From: Myxococcota bacterium
GTDB taxonomy: Bacteria > Myxococcota_A > Polyangia > Nannocystales > Nannocystaceae
Reading direction: 5' to 3'
Assembly: GCA_039028615.1 (NCBI GenBank)
Contig: JBCCHT010000018.1
Coordinates: forward strand, 32,001-96,000
DNA length: 64,000 nt
Shown in pieces: positions 1 through 8,815 of this stretch. The number at the start of each line of letters is the position of its first letter. Position 1 is the stretch's first letter. The translations under genes and the position numbers were made by a program. The notes below the pieces were generated by a model, which saw only the letters and a list, made by a program, of their open reading frames with translations, ran no database searches and was not told the origin of the DNA.

Positions 1-768
1 GGGTGCACAGGCATAGGGCACGAGCACATCGCTGGTGCCGTGGATGAACAGGATGTCCACCGACTCGGCCGGCGCCTTGTCGGCGGTGAACAGACAGTCA
101 CCGAGCGGGTCGGCTCCACAGGCCGCCGCGGGGGCCACCGAGGCGAGGACGTCGGCGTGCTCGCACACCGCACGCCAGGTCATGTAGCCGCCCTGCGAAA
201 ACCCGGTGAAGTGCAGGCGGTCGCGATCGACATGGAAGGCGTCGGCCATGCGCAGCATGAAGTCGAAGACGGGGCCGTCGTCGATGCCCGGGTTCCAGCT
301 CGACGCGGGCGGGGCCGGGTTGGCGTTGGGCTGCACCACGATGTAGCCCCGCTCGGCGCCCCGCTCTCGCATGTGGGTATTGGCCTCCTGCATTGCCCCG
401 TTCATCGTGAAGCCGTGCACGTCGAAGATCAGGCCGCAGGCTTGCTCGAGGCACGCGGGGGGAATGGTGACGTCGTAGCTGAAGTCGCCGCACTCGTAGA
501 CGTGATCGCCGGCCGAGACGTCGTCGATGCACTCGTCGGCGATCGGATCGGGGAAGCCCCCGCCGCTCGATCCCTCCGACGACCCTTCGCTCGTGTCCGC
601 GGCGCCGCCGGTCGTACCGTCCGTGACCGAGCCCGAGGTGTCGCCTTGCGGCGTGGCGCTCGAACTCGAGCCCGAGCTGGATGCGTCCGAGTTCTCGTCC
701 TCGCCCCCGGGGTCCGCGGGGCAGGCGGTGAGCAGCAACAGGGCGGAGGCCGCGATGGAGGATCGCAT
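1..768 (-). CDS. Lipoprotein esterase, PHB-depolymerase/LpqC-like alpha/beta hydrolase (3' end runs off the window; not in ORF track)
   Basis: Manual translation from ATG 768 gives MRSSIAASALLLLTAC (lipobox), a Ser/Thr/Gly linker, then IFDVHGF, HFTGFSQGG (nucleophile elbow) and LFIHGTSD. Confidence 0.8.
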   Translation of the reverse strand, partial: MRSSIAASALLLLTACPADPGGEDENSDASSSGSSSSATPQGDTSGSVTDGTTGGAADTSEGSSEGSSGGGFPDPIADECIDDVSAGDHVYECGDFSYDVTIPPACLEQACGLIFDVHGFTMNGAMQEANTHMRERGAERGYIVVQPNANPAPPASSWNPGIDDGPVFDFMLRMADAFHVDRDRLHFTGFSQGGYMTWRAVCEHADVLASVAPAAACGADPLGDCLFTADKAPAESVDILFIHGTSDVLVPYACAP

Positions 769-787
769 GAAGCGATCCTAACGCCTC

Positions 788-1345
788 TCAGGCTGCGTCG
801 GGGATCGCGTCGTCGTGCGTGGTCGTCGCTTCGTCCGAGAGCGTGGGCTCTTCTTTGCGCGAGGGCTTCGGCATGGGCCGGATCCAGTGGACCCCGACGA
901 GCACCGCCATCAGCACGAGGACCGCGATCGAGCCCAGTCCCAGCCAGTACGCTTCTTCCGCGAGGCCTTCGGCGCGCACCATCCGGTCGTAGGGGGCCTG
1001 CGCGATGCGGTCGACCCGGGCCCACGCGTCGTAGACCGAGGGCAGCGCGACCATGCGCAGGACTCCCGTGCTGCCGACCGCCAATAGGGCCAAGGTCATC
1101 GCGAGGCGCGAGCGCAGCCACTGCGGGGTGAGCCCCACGAGCAAGACCGAGCTCACCAGCGCCAGCTCCACGCAGCGCAGGTGCACGGGGGCCACCGCTC
1201 GCGTCAGCAGGTTGGCGTCGATGAGCCCGTGTTGGCTCTCGAGCCCCGGCAGCACGACCAGCTGACCCACGACCATCGCTCCGAGAGCGGTGGCGAGGGC
1301 GACAATTCCCAAACTGGCGGCGAAGCGTCGCACGAGGGCAACCAA
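788..1345 (-). CDS. Four-TM membrane protein (DUF4149/TMEM205-like)
   Basis: 185-aa ORF with four hydrophobic segments and an acidic tail. Confidence 0.55.
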   Translation of the reverse strand: MVALVRRFAASLGIVALATALGAMVVGQLVVLPGLESQHGLIDANLLTRAVAPVHLRCVELALVSSVLLVGLTPQWLRSRLAMTLALLAVGSTGVLRMVALPSVYDAWARVDRIAQAPYDRMVRAEGLAEEAYWLGLGSIAVLVLMAVLVGVHWIRPMPKPSRKEEPTLSDEATTTHDDAIPDAA

Positions 1346-1491
1346 TCACGAGGCCGCGACCACCCGCCAATTTCCGACGAAGCGGTTGCCGATGTCGCCC
1401 GACGGGCGCTGCAAATTTTCGACGAAATGGCGGTCGTCGCTCGCGGTGGTGCGCCGGTCTTGCGGGGATCGGCGCGGTCGCTGCTACGCTG

Positions 1492-2496
1492 ATGCTCGTG
1501 ACCCTTCGTCGACGCGCATGGCTACGAGGTGCAGGTGCCGGTCTCGGCTTGGCGAGCTACGGGCTCGGCGTCCCCGGCTTGCCCCTTCGCCGCGCGCAGG
1601 CTTCGATGGCACCGCGAGAGACGGTGCTCGAAGAAGCCAAGTCGCCGTACAACCACATCGTGATCGCCGAGAACGGCGACATCGTCACCATGTACTTCGT
1701 GGTCGACGGCGTGTTCTACATCGAGTCGCGGCTCGACCGTAGTCACCCCAAGAGCCTCGACCTCGACTACACCCGCACCATGATGGCGGGCTTCCTGCTC
1801 CAGCCTCGGCCCAAGCGTCTGTTGATGATCGGCTTCGGCGGGGGGCAGATCAGCAACTACTTGTTCGAGCGGGTCCCCGACCTGGAGATCGACGGCGTGG
1901 ACATCGATCCCGAGGTGATCCGCCTGGCTCGCAAGTACTTCGACGTCCCCGAGAGCCCGCGCTACCGGACCCATGCCGCCGACGGTCGGCTCTTCGTGGA
2001 GAAGGCCGCGCGCGAGCCCGGCTGGGACATGATCTTGCTCGATGCGTTCCGCGGGGTGTTCGTGCCGCTGCACCTCAAGACGCGCGAGTACTACCAGGCC
2101 TTGTACGAGCACCTGTCGCCCAAGGGCGTGGTCGTGGCCAACCTTCATAACGGCACGCCCATGTACAAGCACGACCGCACCACCTTCGCCGACGTGTTCC
2201 CGCACGGCTATGCGTTCCATACCGAGCGGGGGCGCCAGACCGTGTATGTGGCCTCGGCCGACAAGGAGATCGCCAACACCTACGAGATGCGGGCGAATGC
2301 CGTGAAGGCGCAGCCCGCCTTCGACTTCGACATTCGCGGGATCTCGTCACGCTGGTATCTCGAGGAGGACTGGGACAAAGAGCGCGCCCAGGTCCTGCAC
2401 GACGACTTCTCGCCCGAGAAGCTCGAGCAAGGCATCGATCGCCACAACCAGATCTGCGACGGCGAAGACTGCGACTACGCCTACCCCACGCGCTAG
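1492..2496 (+). CDS. Spermidine-synthase-like class I SAM-dependent transferase with Tat-like signal
   Basis: SPYNHIVI, LMIGFGGG, VDIDPEV, DMILLDAF motifs; N-terminal RRRAWL...AQA. Confidence 0.8.
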   Translation: MLVTLRRRAWLRGAGAGLGLASYGLGVPGLPLRRAQASMAPRETVLEEAKSPYNHIVIAENGDIVTMYFVVDGVFYIESRLDRSHPKSLDLDYTRTMMAGFLLQPRPKRLLMIGFGGGQISNYLFERVPDLEIDGVDIDPEVIRLARKYFDVPESPRYRTHAADGRLFVEKAAREPGWDMILLDAFRGVFVPLHLKTREYYQALYEHLSPKGVVVANLHNGTPMYKHDRTTFADVFPHGYAFHTERGRQTVYVASADKEIANTYEMRANAVKAQPAFDFDIRGISSRWYLEEDWDKERAQVLHDDFSPEKLEQGIDRHNQICDGEDCDYAYPTR

Positions 2497-5400
2497 GGGA
2501 ACAGGTCGACCTTCACGCCGAAGCTGAAGGTCAGCGGTGCGCCGGGGCGGATCCCGAAGGGGCGGTACGACGCGACGTAGGCGTTGTTGGTCAGGTTGGC
2601 GCCCTGTCCATAGACCCGGAAGCGATCGAGCACGCGGACCTCGACCGAAGCATCGAGCACGAAGAAGCCGTCGATGCGCTCGCCGTCGGGGATGTCTCCC
2701 TGGCCGGCGATGTCGCGCATGGCTCCGGTGTAGCTCGGGCTGACCACGACGTCCCAGCGCGACCCGCCGACGCCGACGGTGCCGCCCGCGAGATGCTCGG
2801 GCAGGTAGGGGAGGGCATCGCCTTCCTCGATCTCCCCCCACTGGGGGAAGGCCGACGAGAAGTCGCTGCGGAAGCGCGACCCGGTGTACGTGTAGCGAGC
2901 GCCGAGCTCGAACCCGAAGCCGTTGTCGAAGCGGTGGCGATAGCGGGCGAGCGACTCGAGGCCGTACACGAGCACCGCGCCCGCGTTGAACTGGTCGCTG
3001 CCGTCACCGTCGACGCAGCCGGCGGAGAAGGTACATGCGCCGATGAGGTTGTTGTAGTCGCTGGCGAAGCCCACCGCCTCGACCCATAGCCCTTGCCAGA
3101 TCGAGCGCAGACCTGCCTCGTAGTTGAGGCTGAACTCCGGCTCCACCTCTTCGGGCTGACCGGGGGCGACGGGCGAGAACCCGCGGTGCACTCCGGCGAA
3201 GGCCTGCAGCCACGGGGTGGCCTGGAACAGCGTGCCGATGCCCGGCGTCAGAGCGGTGTCCATGCGGCGGTCTTGGCTGTCGGCCAGCTCGTTGATGAAG
3301 CGCGACGACACGATCTCCATGCGCAGGCCAGGGGCGACCGTGAAGCGATCCCAAAAGGTCAGCGCATCGTGCACGTGGAAGGCGGCCGCCACGGACGAGC
3401 CTTGGTTCGTCACCGTCGGCGTTCGCGGGCCACCATCGGAGACCATCACACCCGAGATCATGTTGAACGAGTCGGAGGTGTGGTTGCGGTTGATCCGGTC
3501 GTGGTGCACCCGGGCCCCGACCTCCAGCTCCTGCTTGATCTTCTCCCACTTGGGCTTCCAGCGGAACGCGGACTGCACACCTTGGCTGACGAAGCGGCGG
3601 TCGTTGTTGGCGACCAGCAGGGTGTGCTGGGGTAGCTGCGAGTCCTGGTCGCCGCGGAGGATGGCCGCGAACACGGCGGCCTGGCCCCCGTCGGGCTGAG
3701 CCAGGATGTCGGTGAGGGCGGGGCCTCCAGAGAAGCGATCGAGCCTCCGCCACACGCGAGCAAAGTCGTGACGATAGAGCCGGGCCTCGACCTCGAGGGT
3801 GTCGCGCTGACGCAGCAAGTAGGTCAGCTCGGCCTGCGAGCGCCACCAGCTCATGTTGTCCTCGTCGCTGGCGGCGTAGCGGCGATAGGGCGTGCTCTCG
3901 AAGTCGGCCCGGGTCAGCCCGAGATAGGTCTCGTTCGAGTTCTCGGAGCCGAGACCCACCTTGGCTTCGACCTCGTGGGTGATCCGTCGGCCTTCGCCCG
4001 GGGTCCGGTAGCCGAGCTTGAGCATCGAGTCGTTCTTGATGAACCCGGTGTTGCCCCCGGTGTCGAGCTCCTTGAACCCGTTGGTCTGGATCCGTGCCGC
4101 CTCGATCAAGATGCCGAAGCCCTTGTAGCGGGTGCCGTAGTAGGCGTGGCCCTTCGCGTAGCCGAAGCGACCGCCGGCCAGGTCGACGCCGCCTTGGTGC
4201 TCGTCGGGGATCTCGCGGGTGCGCAGGTTGATCGAGCCGCCGATCGTGTTGGGCCCGTACTGGATCGAGCCGGGCCCTTTGTAGACCTCCATGCCGACCA
4301 AGCGGGTGGTGAGCGGGAAGTAGTAGGCGGCGGGTGCCGAGTAGGGGGCGGGGCCGAGGAGGATGCCGTCCTCGAGCAGGTTGACCTTGGCGGAGCGATC
4401 CGGGTTGGCGCCGCGCAGGCCGATGTTGGGGCGCAGGCCGAAGCCGTCCTCGCCGCGCACGTAGACGCCGGGCACCGTGTTGAGCACGCGGTGCACGTCG
4501 TCGTACTCGTGCCGCTCGAGTTCCTTCTCACCGATGATGTGCGCCGAGCCGGCGACGCGGGGGATCTCGTCGGCGGGGAACATCGAGCCGACCTTCACCA
4601 TGCGGACTTCGCTGTCGTCGTCGTCGGCGACGGCATCGGCGGGGTCTTCGAGCGGGACCTCTTCGGTGGGGATGAACTCGGGCTCGGGCTCGGGCTCGGC
4701 GGCGGGTTCGGGCTCGGGCTCGGGCTCGGGTTCGGGTTCGGGCTCGGGTGCGGGCGTCTCGGGCTCGGACTCGGTCGGTTCGCCTTCCGCAGACGTGGGC
4801 TCGGTCGGCTCGGACTCGGTCGGCTCGCTCGAAGGCTCTGCCTCGGCGCCGGGCTCCGCCGACTCCGGCGAAGCATCGGGAGCCGCGGTGTCCTCGGGTG
4901 CGTCGCCGGACGGCTCGGTCCCTTCGGAGGATGTTGGCTGTGCAGCGGCAGGGCGAGCCACCAACAGTGCGAGCAAGAGCGCGGCCGTCGTCGTCGTAAC
5001 GCGATGGCTTCGAACACTATCGACCAGAGGACCCAAGAGCATGGACATGACGCGATCGAATCGGTGGTTGGCTTCCTCGAGACCGTAGTCCTGCGGCGCT
5101 TCGTCGGGGCTGGGCGCCCAGCTGCCGAAGATCCGGTCCCAGAGTGCGAGCCATGTACCAAAATTTGCGTGTTGTTGTTCGAGCAGCCGCCCGTGATGGA
5201 GCTGATGCTGCGCGGGTGAGATGAGCCACCGCTCGACTCGGCCGAAGCTCAGCCAGACGTGGGAGTGCCGGAGGTTCGCGCCGAAGAGGTTGAACGAAAA
5301 CCCGAAGACGCCGATGCCCAGCAGCTCGATCGGCCGCGCCGAGCCAGCGAAGAGGTAGGCGAACAAACCGGTGATCGACGCGGTGACGAGCAGTCCGCGT

Positions 5401-5933
5401 CCGTCGTAGAGCAGCGTCTCCACCGGATGCGTGCGGTACAGCGTCAGCGGGGTGAGCACCCGCGCGGAGTGGTGCACCTGATGGAACGCCCACAGCCGCC
5501 GCACGCGGTGCATCAGCATGTGCAGGGCGAAACGACTGAAGTCCCAGCCGACGAACAGCACGCCCGTGTAGAGGATGGCCACCGTCATACGGTTCCAACC
5601 CAGCTCGGGTGGAGGACCGAGCCATCGGTGCAACGACAGTCCGACCCACAGGGTCGCGGCGGTCGTCGCGGCGAGCCACGGGATGCGCCACAGCCCGAAC
5701 AACAACGCCTTGATGAACAGCAAGGTCACGTCGGCGCGGCTCGAGGTGCTCGTCCACGTGGAGGGCCGAAACAGCCCCTCACGCAGGGCACGAGTGCCCC
5801 GACGCAGCCCCAGCAGCAGCCAGGGCAGGACGATCGCCGTGGCGAGGAAGAGCCAGAAGATCCGCTCGCCCGGATCGTTCAGGGCGCGCAAGGGCTGCGA
5901 CAACGCGTCGAGGATGTCGCGCCCGAACTCCAT
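2493..5933 (-). CDS. Fusion of a sterol desaturase/fatty-acid hydroxylase domain and a FecA-like TonB-dependent receptor
   Basis: N-terminal His boxes HMLMH, HQVHH, HSH, HQLHH; internal signal-like segment; Pro/Glu linker; plug motif GEDGFGLRPNIGLRG...PAPYSAPAAYYFP; beta-barrel C-terminus. Confidence 0.85.
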   Translation of the reverse strand: MEFGRDILDALSQPLRALNDPGERIFWLFLATAIVLPWLLLGLRRGTRALREGLFRPSTWTSTSSRADVTLLFIKALLFGLWRIPWLAATTAATLWVGLSLHRWLGPPPELGWNRMTVAILYTGVLFVGWDFSRFALHMLMHRVRRLWAFHQVHHSARVLTPLTLYRTHPVETLLYDGRGLLVTASITGLFAYLFAGSARPIELLGIGVFGFSFNLFGANLRHSHVWLSFGRVERWLISPAQHQLHHGRLLEQQHANFGTWLALWDRIFGSWAPSPDEAPQDYGLEEANHRFDRVMSMLLGPLVDSVRSHRVTTTTAALLLALLVARPAAAQPTSSEGTEPSGDAPEDTAAPDASPESAEPGAEAEPSSEPTESEPTEPTSAEGEPTESEPETPAPEPEPEPEPEPEPEPAAEPEPEPEFIPTEEVPLEDPADAVADDDDSEVRMVKVGSMFPADEIPRVAGSAHIIGEKELERHEYDDVHRVLNTVPGVYVRGEDGFGLRPNIGLRGANPDRSAKVNLLEDGILLGPAPYSAPAAYYFPLTTRLVGMEVYKGPGSIQYGPNTIGGSINLRTREIPDEHQGGVDLAGGRFGYAKGHAYYGTRYKGFGILIEAARIQTNGFKELDTGGNTGFIKNDSMLKLGYRTPGEGRRITHEVEAKVGLGSENSNETYLGLTRADFESTPYRRYAASDEDNMSWWRSQAELTYLLRQRDTLEVEARLYRHDFARVWRRLDRFSGGPALTDILAQPDGGQAAVFAAILRGDQDSQLPQHTLLVANNDRRFVSQGVQSAFRWKPKWEKIKQELEVGARVHHDRINRNHTSDSFNMISGVMVSDGGPRTPTVTNQGSSVAAAFHVHDALTFWDRFTVAPGLRMEIVSSRFINELADSQDRRMDTALTPGIGTLFQATPWLQAFAGVHRGFSPVAPGQPEEVEPEFSLNYEAGLRSIWQGLWVEAVGFASDYNNLIGACTFSAGCVDGDGSDQFNAGAVLVYGLESLARYRHRFDNGFGFELGARYTYTGSRFRSDFSSAFPQWGEIEEGDALPYLPEHLAGGTVGVGGSRWDVVVSPSYTGAMRDIAGQGDIPDGERIDGFFVLDASVEVRVLDRFRVYGQGANLTNNAYVASYRPFGIRPGAPLTFSFGVKVDLFP
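4678..4770 (-). repeat. Pro-Glu dipeptide coding repeat (ccggag/cccgag-type hexamers) in the receptor linker
   Basis: (ggctcg/ggttcg)n on the + strand, encoding PEPEPEPE. Confidence 0.8.
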
Positions 5934-5945
5934 CGACCCCCGGCG

Positions 5946-7232
5946 TCAGTCGTGATCGCCGGCACCCTCGGCGGGGATCGTCAGCATCAGCGCCATCACG
6001 AAGGGTCCCTTGAGGGTGTCGGTGACGTTCTTGACCGCGGCGTGCACCGCTTCGCCCTGCGCCGTGTCGGAGGCGATGACCTGCGCGAGCGGGGCATCGA
6101 GCGCTTCGATGGTGGCGATGGCCGAGTCGATGTCCGCGAGCAAGGTCGAGGCGATCTGCCCTTCACCCATTTGCTCGAGCAGGTCGTCGAAGCCATCGGC
6201 GGTCTCGGGATCGGAGCCGCCCTGGATGAGATCTCGGAGCACGCTCAGGTTGGCGACGATGGCCGGTCCGGCGTCGGCGCTCCAGGGGTTCTCGAGAAGG
6301 TCGAGGCAGGGCACCGCATCGCAACCGGTGACGAGCCCGAGCGGCAGGCCGAGCTTGGCGTCTTTGGTCTGCTTGTCGACGTAGAACATCGACCGGAAGA
6401 TCTCGTCGAGGGCCTCGACATCGCTGGCGTAGGGCGAGTCGCCGGATCCGGGATTGGCGAGGAGCGCCGCGTAGTCGTCACCCGCCGGGTCCCAGCGCGT
6501 TGCGAGGGTGCTGGCCTGATCGGCGATGTGTCCCGCGAGCACGGCCGCGTAGGTGGCCCGTCGACTGGCCCGCTCGTCGTCACTCAGCGCGGCCCAAGGC
6601 CCGTCGAGCTGGACCTGCGTCGGGCACGTGTGCTCGTCACCCGCGGCGAAGAGCAAGTACTCGAGCGCATCGAGACCGTAGGCCCAAACGAGCTCCGTGA
6701 CGAAGAACGTGTCAGCCGCGTAGTCTTCGTCGGCCAGCGCTCGATCGACCGCACAGGTGTCGGCCGTGGGCCACGAGTAGATCTCGTCTCGAACGTCTTC
6801 GCCCGCGATGCCGGCGAGCGACGACGCGGCCGGACCGACCTGCATCAGCTCGAGCCGCTGCCACTGCGACATCGTCTCGCGCCACGAGTCCTGGGCGGCT
6901 TGCAGGGTGGCCTCATCGGTATGCGCGGCGGCGTAGGCATCGACGGCGCTCTGCAGCGACGCGGCCTGGGTGGCGAAGTCGGCCGTGCTCGGCACGATGA
7001 CCTGGGTCGCGATGCTGGCGAGCACATCCTGGCGGGTGACTTCGCTCGAGCCGTCCGAGGTCCCGTCGGCAGACTCTGTGCCATCCTCATTACCCGAGTC
7101 GTCGTCGCTGCTGTCGTTGCTGCCCCCGGAGTCCTGGCAGGCCCAGCCCAGAACACCGAGGCCGGCCAAGACGAGAGGGAGGAACCAGGCTCCGCGGGAT
7201 GCGGGCGAATTGGATTGAGAGTGCGCAGGCAT
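5946..7232 (-). CDS. Imelysin-family lipoprotein (iron-uptake associated)
   Basis: Lipobox LGWAC; AAQDSWRETMSQWQRLELMQVGP, IYSWP and GLDALEYLLF motifs; C-terminal GDHD. Confidence 0.85.
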   Translation of the reverse strand: MPAHSQSNSPASRGAWFLPLVLAGLGVLGWACQDSGGSNDSSDDDSGNEDGTESADGTSDGSSEVTRQDVLASIATQVIVPSTADFATQAASLQSAVDAYAAAHTDEATLQAAQDSWRETMSQWQRLELMQVGPAASSLAGIAGEDVRDEIYSWPTADTCAVDRALADEDYAADTFFVTELVWAYGLDALEYLLFAAGDEHTCPTQVQLDGPWAALSDDERASRRATYAAVLAGHIADQASTLATRWDPAGDDYAALLANPGSGDSPYASDVEALDEIFRSMFYVDKQTKDAKLGLPLGLVTGCDAVPCLDLLENPWSADAGPAIVANLSVLRDLIQGGSDPETADGFDDLLEQMGEGQIASTLLADIDSAIATIEALDAPLAQVIASDTAQGEAVHAAVKNVTDTLKGPFVMALMLTIPAEGAGDHD

Positions 7233-7271
7233 GGCGAAAACCGAGCCTCATCATAGATGAGCGCCGAAGGT

Positions 7272-7290
7272 GATACTGATATTCAGTATT
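7272..7290. promoter_or_regulatory. Fur box 1 (upstream of imelysin)
   Basis: GATACTGATATTCAGTATT matches 15/19 of GATAATGATAATCATTATC and has perfect 7-bp arms ATACTGA/TCAGTAT. Confidence 0.75.
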
Positions 7291-7348
7291 GCCCGCTACT
7301 GCTCGTAGCAAGGCGAAAAGTTGTGCGCAATCTCTATTCTTTTTAATT

Positions 7349-7363
7349 TGAAATTGATTATCA
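7349..7363. promoter_or_regulatory. Fur box 2 (7-1-7 form)
   Basis: TGAAATTGATTATCA matches 12/14 of TGATAATnATTATCA, within an AT-rich divergent promoter region. Confidence 0.7.
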
Positions 7364-7428
7364 TCTATCGTAAGCCTCGGCGCGCGAGCGTGGGCCTGCA
7401 CCCGCGACGCGATCAAAGGCAATTGGCC

Positions 7429-8724
7429 ATGAGACTGCTGACCGAGACTTCCAAGACTTTTTCGCTGCTCACCGGCGCTGCGTTGATCGCGGCTCTTTCC
7501 GGGGGCTGTGGCGACGATAGCTCCGCTGACACCGATACCGGCAACGACGGGACGACGACGACGGACACGCCCGCGACGACCGACACGCCGGACACCGACG
7601 ACGCCACGCCGCAGACGACCGGCGAGACCGAGGCTGACACCGAGGCTGAGGACGAGACGACCGCCGGCGAGACCGGCGAGCCCGCCTGCGAGGTCGAGCC
7701 CGGCGAGTGGGACGCACCCGACTGGGATGCCAACGCCGCCGACGCGCTGGCCGTCCGCGCTGCCCTCGACACCCTGACCGGCGGCACCACCATGCGTGGC
7801 GCAGAGACCGGCGACGTCGACATCGCTTCGATCGACGAGCTCACCGCCCTGTGGGACGGCGACCCCAGCCTCGCCGACGCCGCCAACCCCGGCTTCCTTC
7901 CCGTGGTGCAGGACTCCTTCGAGGAGTTCATGACCATCCTCGCCGCGGGCGAGCAGGACCTCACCGACGAGATGGGCGTGTGGACGCCGGGTCCCGACGG
8001 CGGCATCTGGGCCGAGGACTTCCGCGGCATCAACGAGGGTGGCATGGAAGTTCGCCAGATCGTCGACAAGGGCGGTTACTCGGCGGGCCTCATGTACCAC
8101 TACGCCGCGACCCAGACCGAGGGCGACATCACCCCGGCCACCATGGACGCCATCGCGGCGGCGTGGGGCAACAACGCCGACCTCGACCCGGAGGGTGACC
8201 TCACGGACGCGGCCGGCTACGCGCTCGGCATGGGCTTCCACGCCGACATGGCTTCGGCCCTGACGCGCGCCAAGGCCTTCGCGGGCGACGAGGCCTGTGG
8301 TGCCGAGCGTGACGCCGCCGTGGTGCAGTTCTTCAACCTGTGGGAGCAGTCGATGTACGCCCGCATGGTGTTCTACGGGAACCGTGCCGAGGGTCGCCTG
8401 CTGAAGGCCACCGAGGACGCGAACTTCGCCGCCGTCCTCCACGACCTCTCCGAGGGCGTGGGCCTCATCGCCGGCTTCACCGGTCTGCCCGACTACGAGG
8501 GTCCCCTTGCCGGCACCCGGATCTCCACCCAGGCCGACGTGGACGCGGTCATGGACGTCTTCGGCGTCGATCTCGGCGACCTCGGTGCCTCCACCAGCGG
8601 CCCCTTCGTCGAGAGCCTTCCCGACTTCGAGGCCGCGGTCACCGGCTCCGAGGAGATCGTCATCGACGTGTTCGGCGTGACTCCCGAGGAGATCGCCGAG
8701 TACGCGATGCCCACCCCGGGCTGA
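7429..8724 (+). CDS. Acidic lipoprotein, probably iron-regulated (DUF4856-like, uncertain)
   Basis: ATG 7429; lipobox-like SGGC; Thr/Asp linker; strongly C/G-ending codons; divergent from imelysin across the Fur boxes. Confidence 0.65.
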   Translation: MRLLTETSKTFSLLTGAALIAALSGGCGDDSSADTDTGNDGTTTTDTPATTDTPDTDDATPQTTGETEADTEAEDETTAGETGEPACEVEPGEWDAPDWDANAADALAVRAALDTLTGGTTMRGAETGDVDIASIDELTALWDGDPSLADAANPGFLPVVQDSFEEFMTILAAGEQDLTDEMGVWTPGPDGGIWAEDFRGINEGGMEVRQIVDKGGYSAGLMYHYAATQTEGDITPATMDAIAAAWGNNADLDPEGDLTDAAGYALGMGFHADMASALTRAKAFAGDEACGAERDAAVVQFFNLWEQSMYARMVFYGNRAEGRLLKATEDANFAAVLHDLSEGVGLIAGFTGLPDYEGPLAGTRISTQADVDAVMDVFGVDLGDLGASTSGPFVESLPDFEAAVTGSEEIVIDVFGVTPEEIAEYAMPTPG

Positions 8725-8747
8725 TCACTTTTCCGCTCAGTCACGCG

Positions 8748-8797
8748 GCGCGGGCCCGAGCCTCCTCCTCCGAGGCGCGGGTCCGCGTTTTTCTTTT
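8748..8797 (+). terminator. Rho-independent terminator
   Basis: GCGCGGGCCCGAGCCTC...GAGGCGCGGGTCCGCGT stem followed by TTTTCTTTT. Confidence 0.7.
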
Positions 8798-8815
8798 GGT
8801 TCGAGCCGGTCGCGT

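Noticed and set aside
7321..7428. N-terminal extensions in the ORF track (also 41617, 47114, 20513, 40978, 52638)
   Set aside because: They run through promoter or intergenic DNA or upstream genes; downstream starts fit RBS, signal peptides or family N-termini better.
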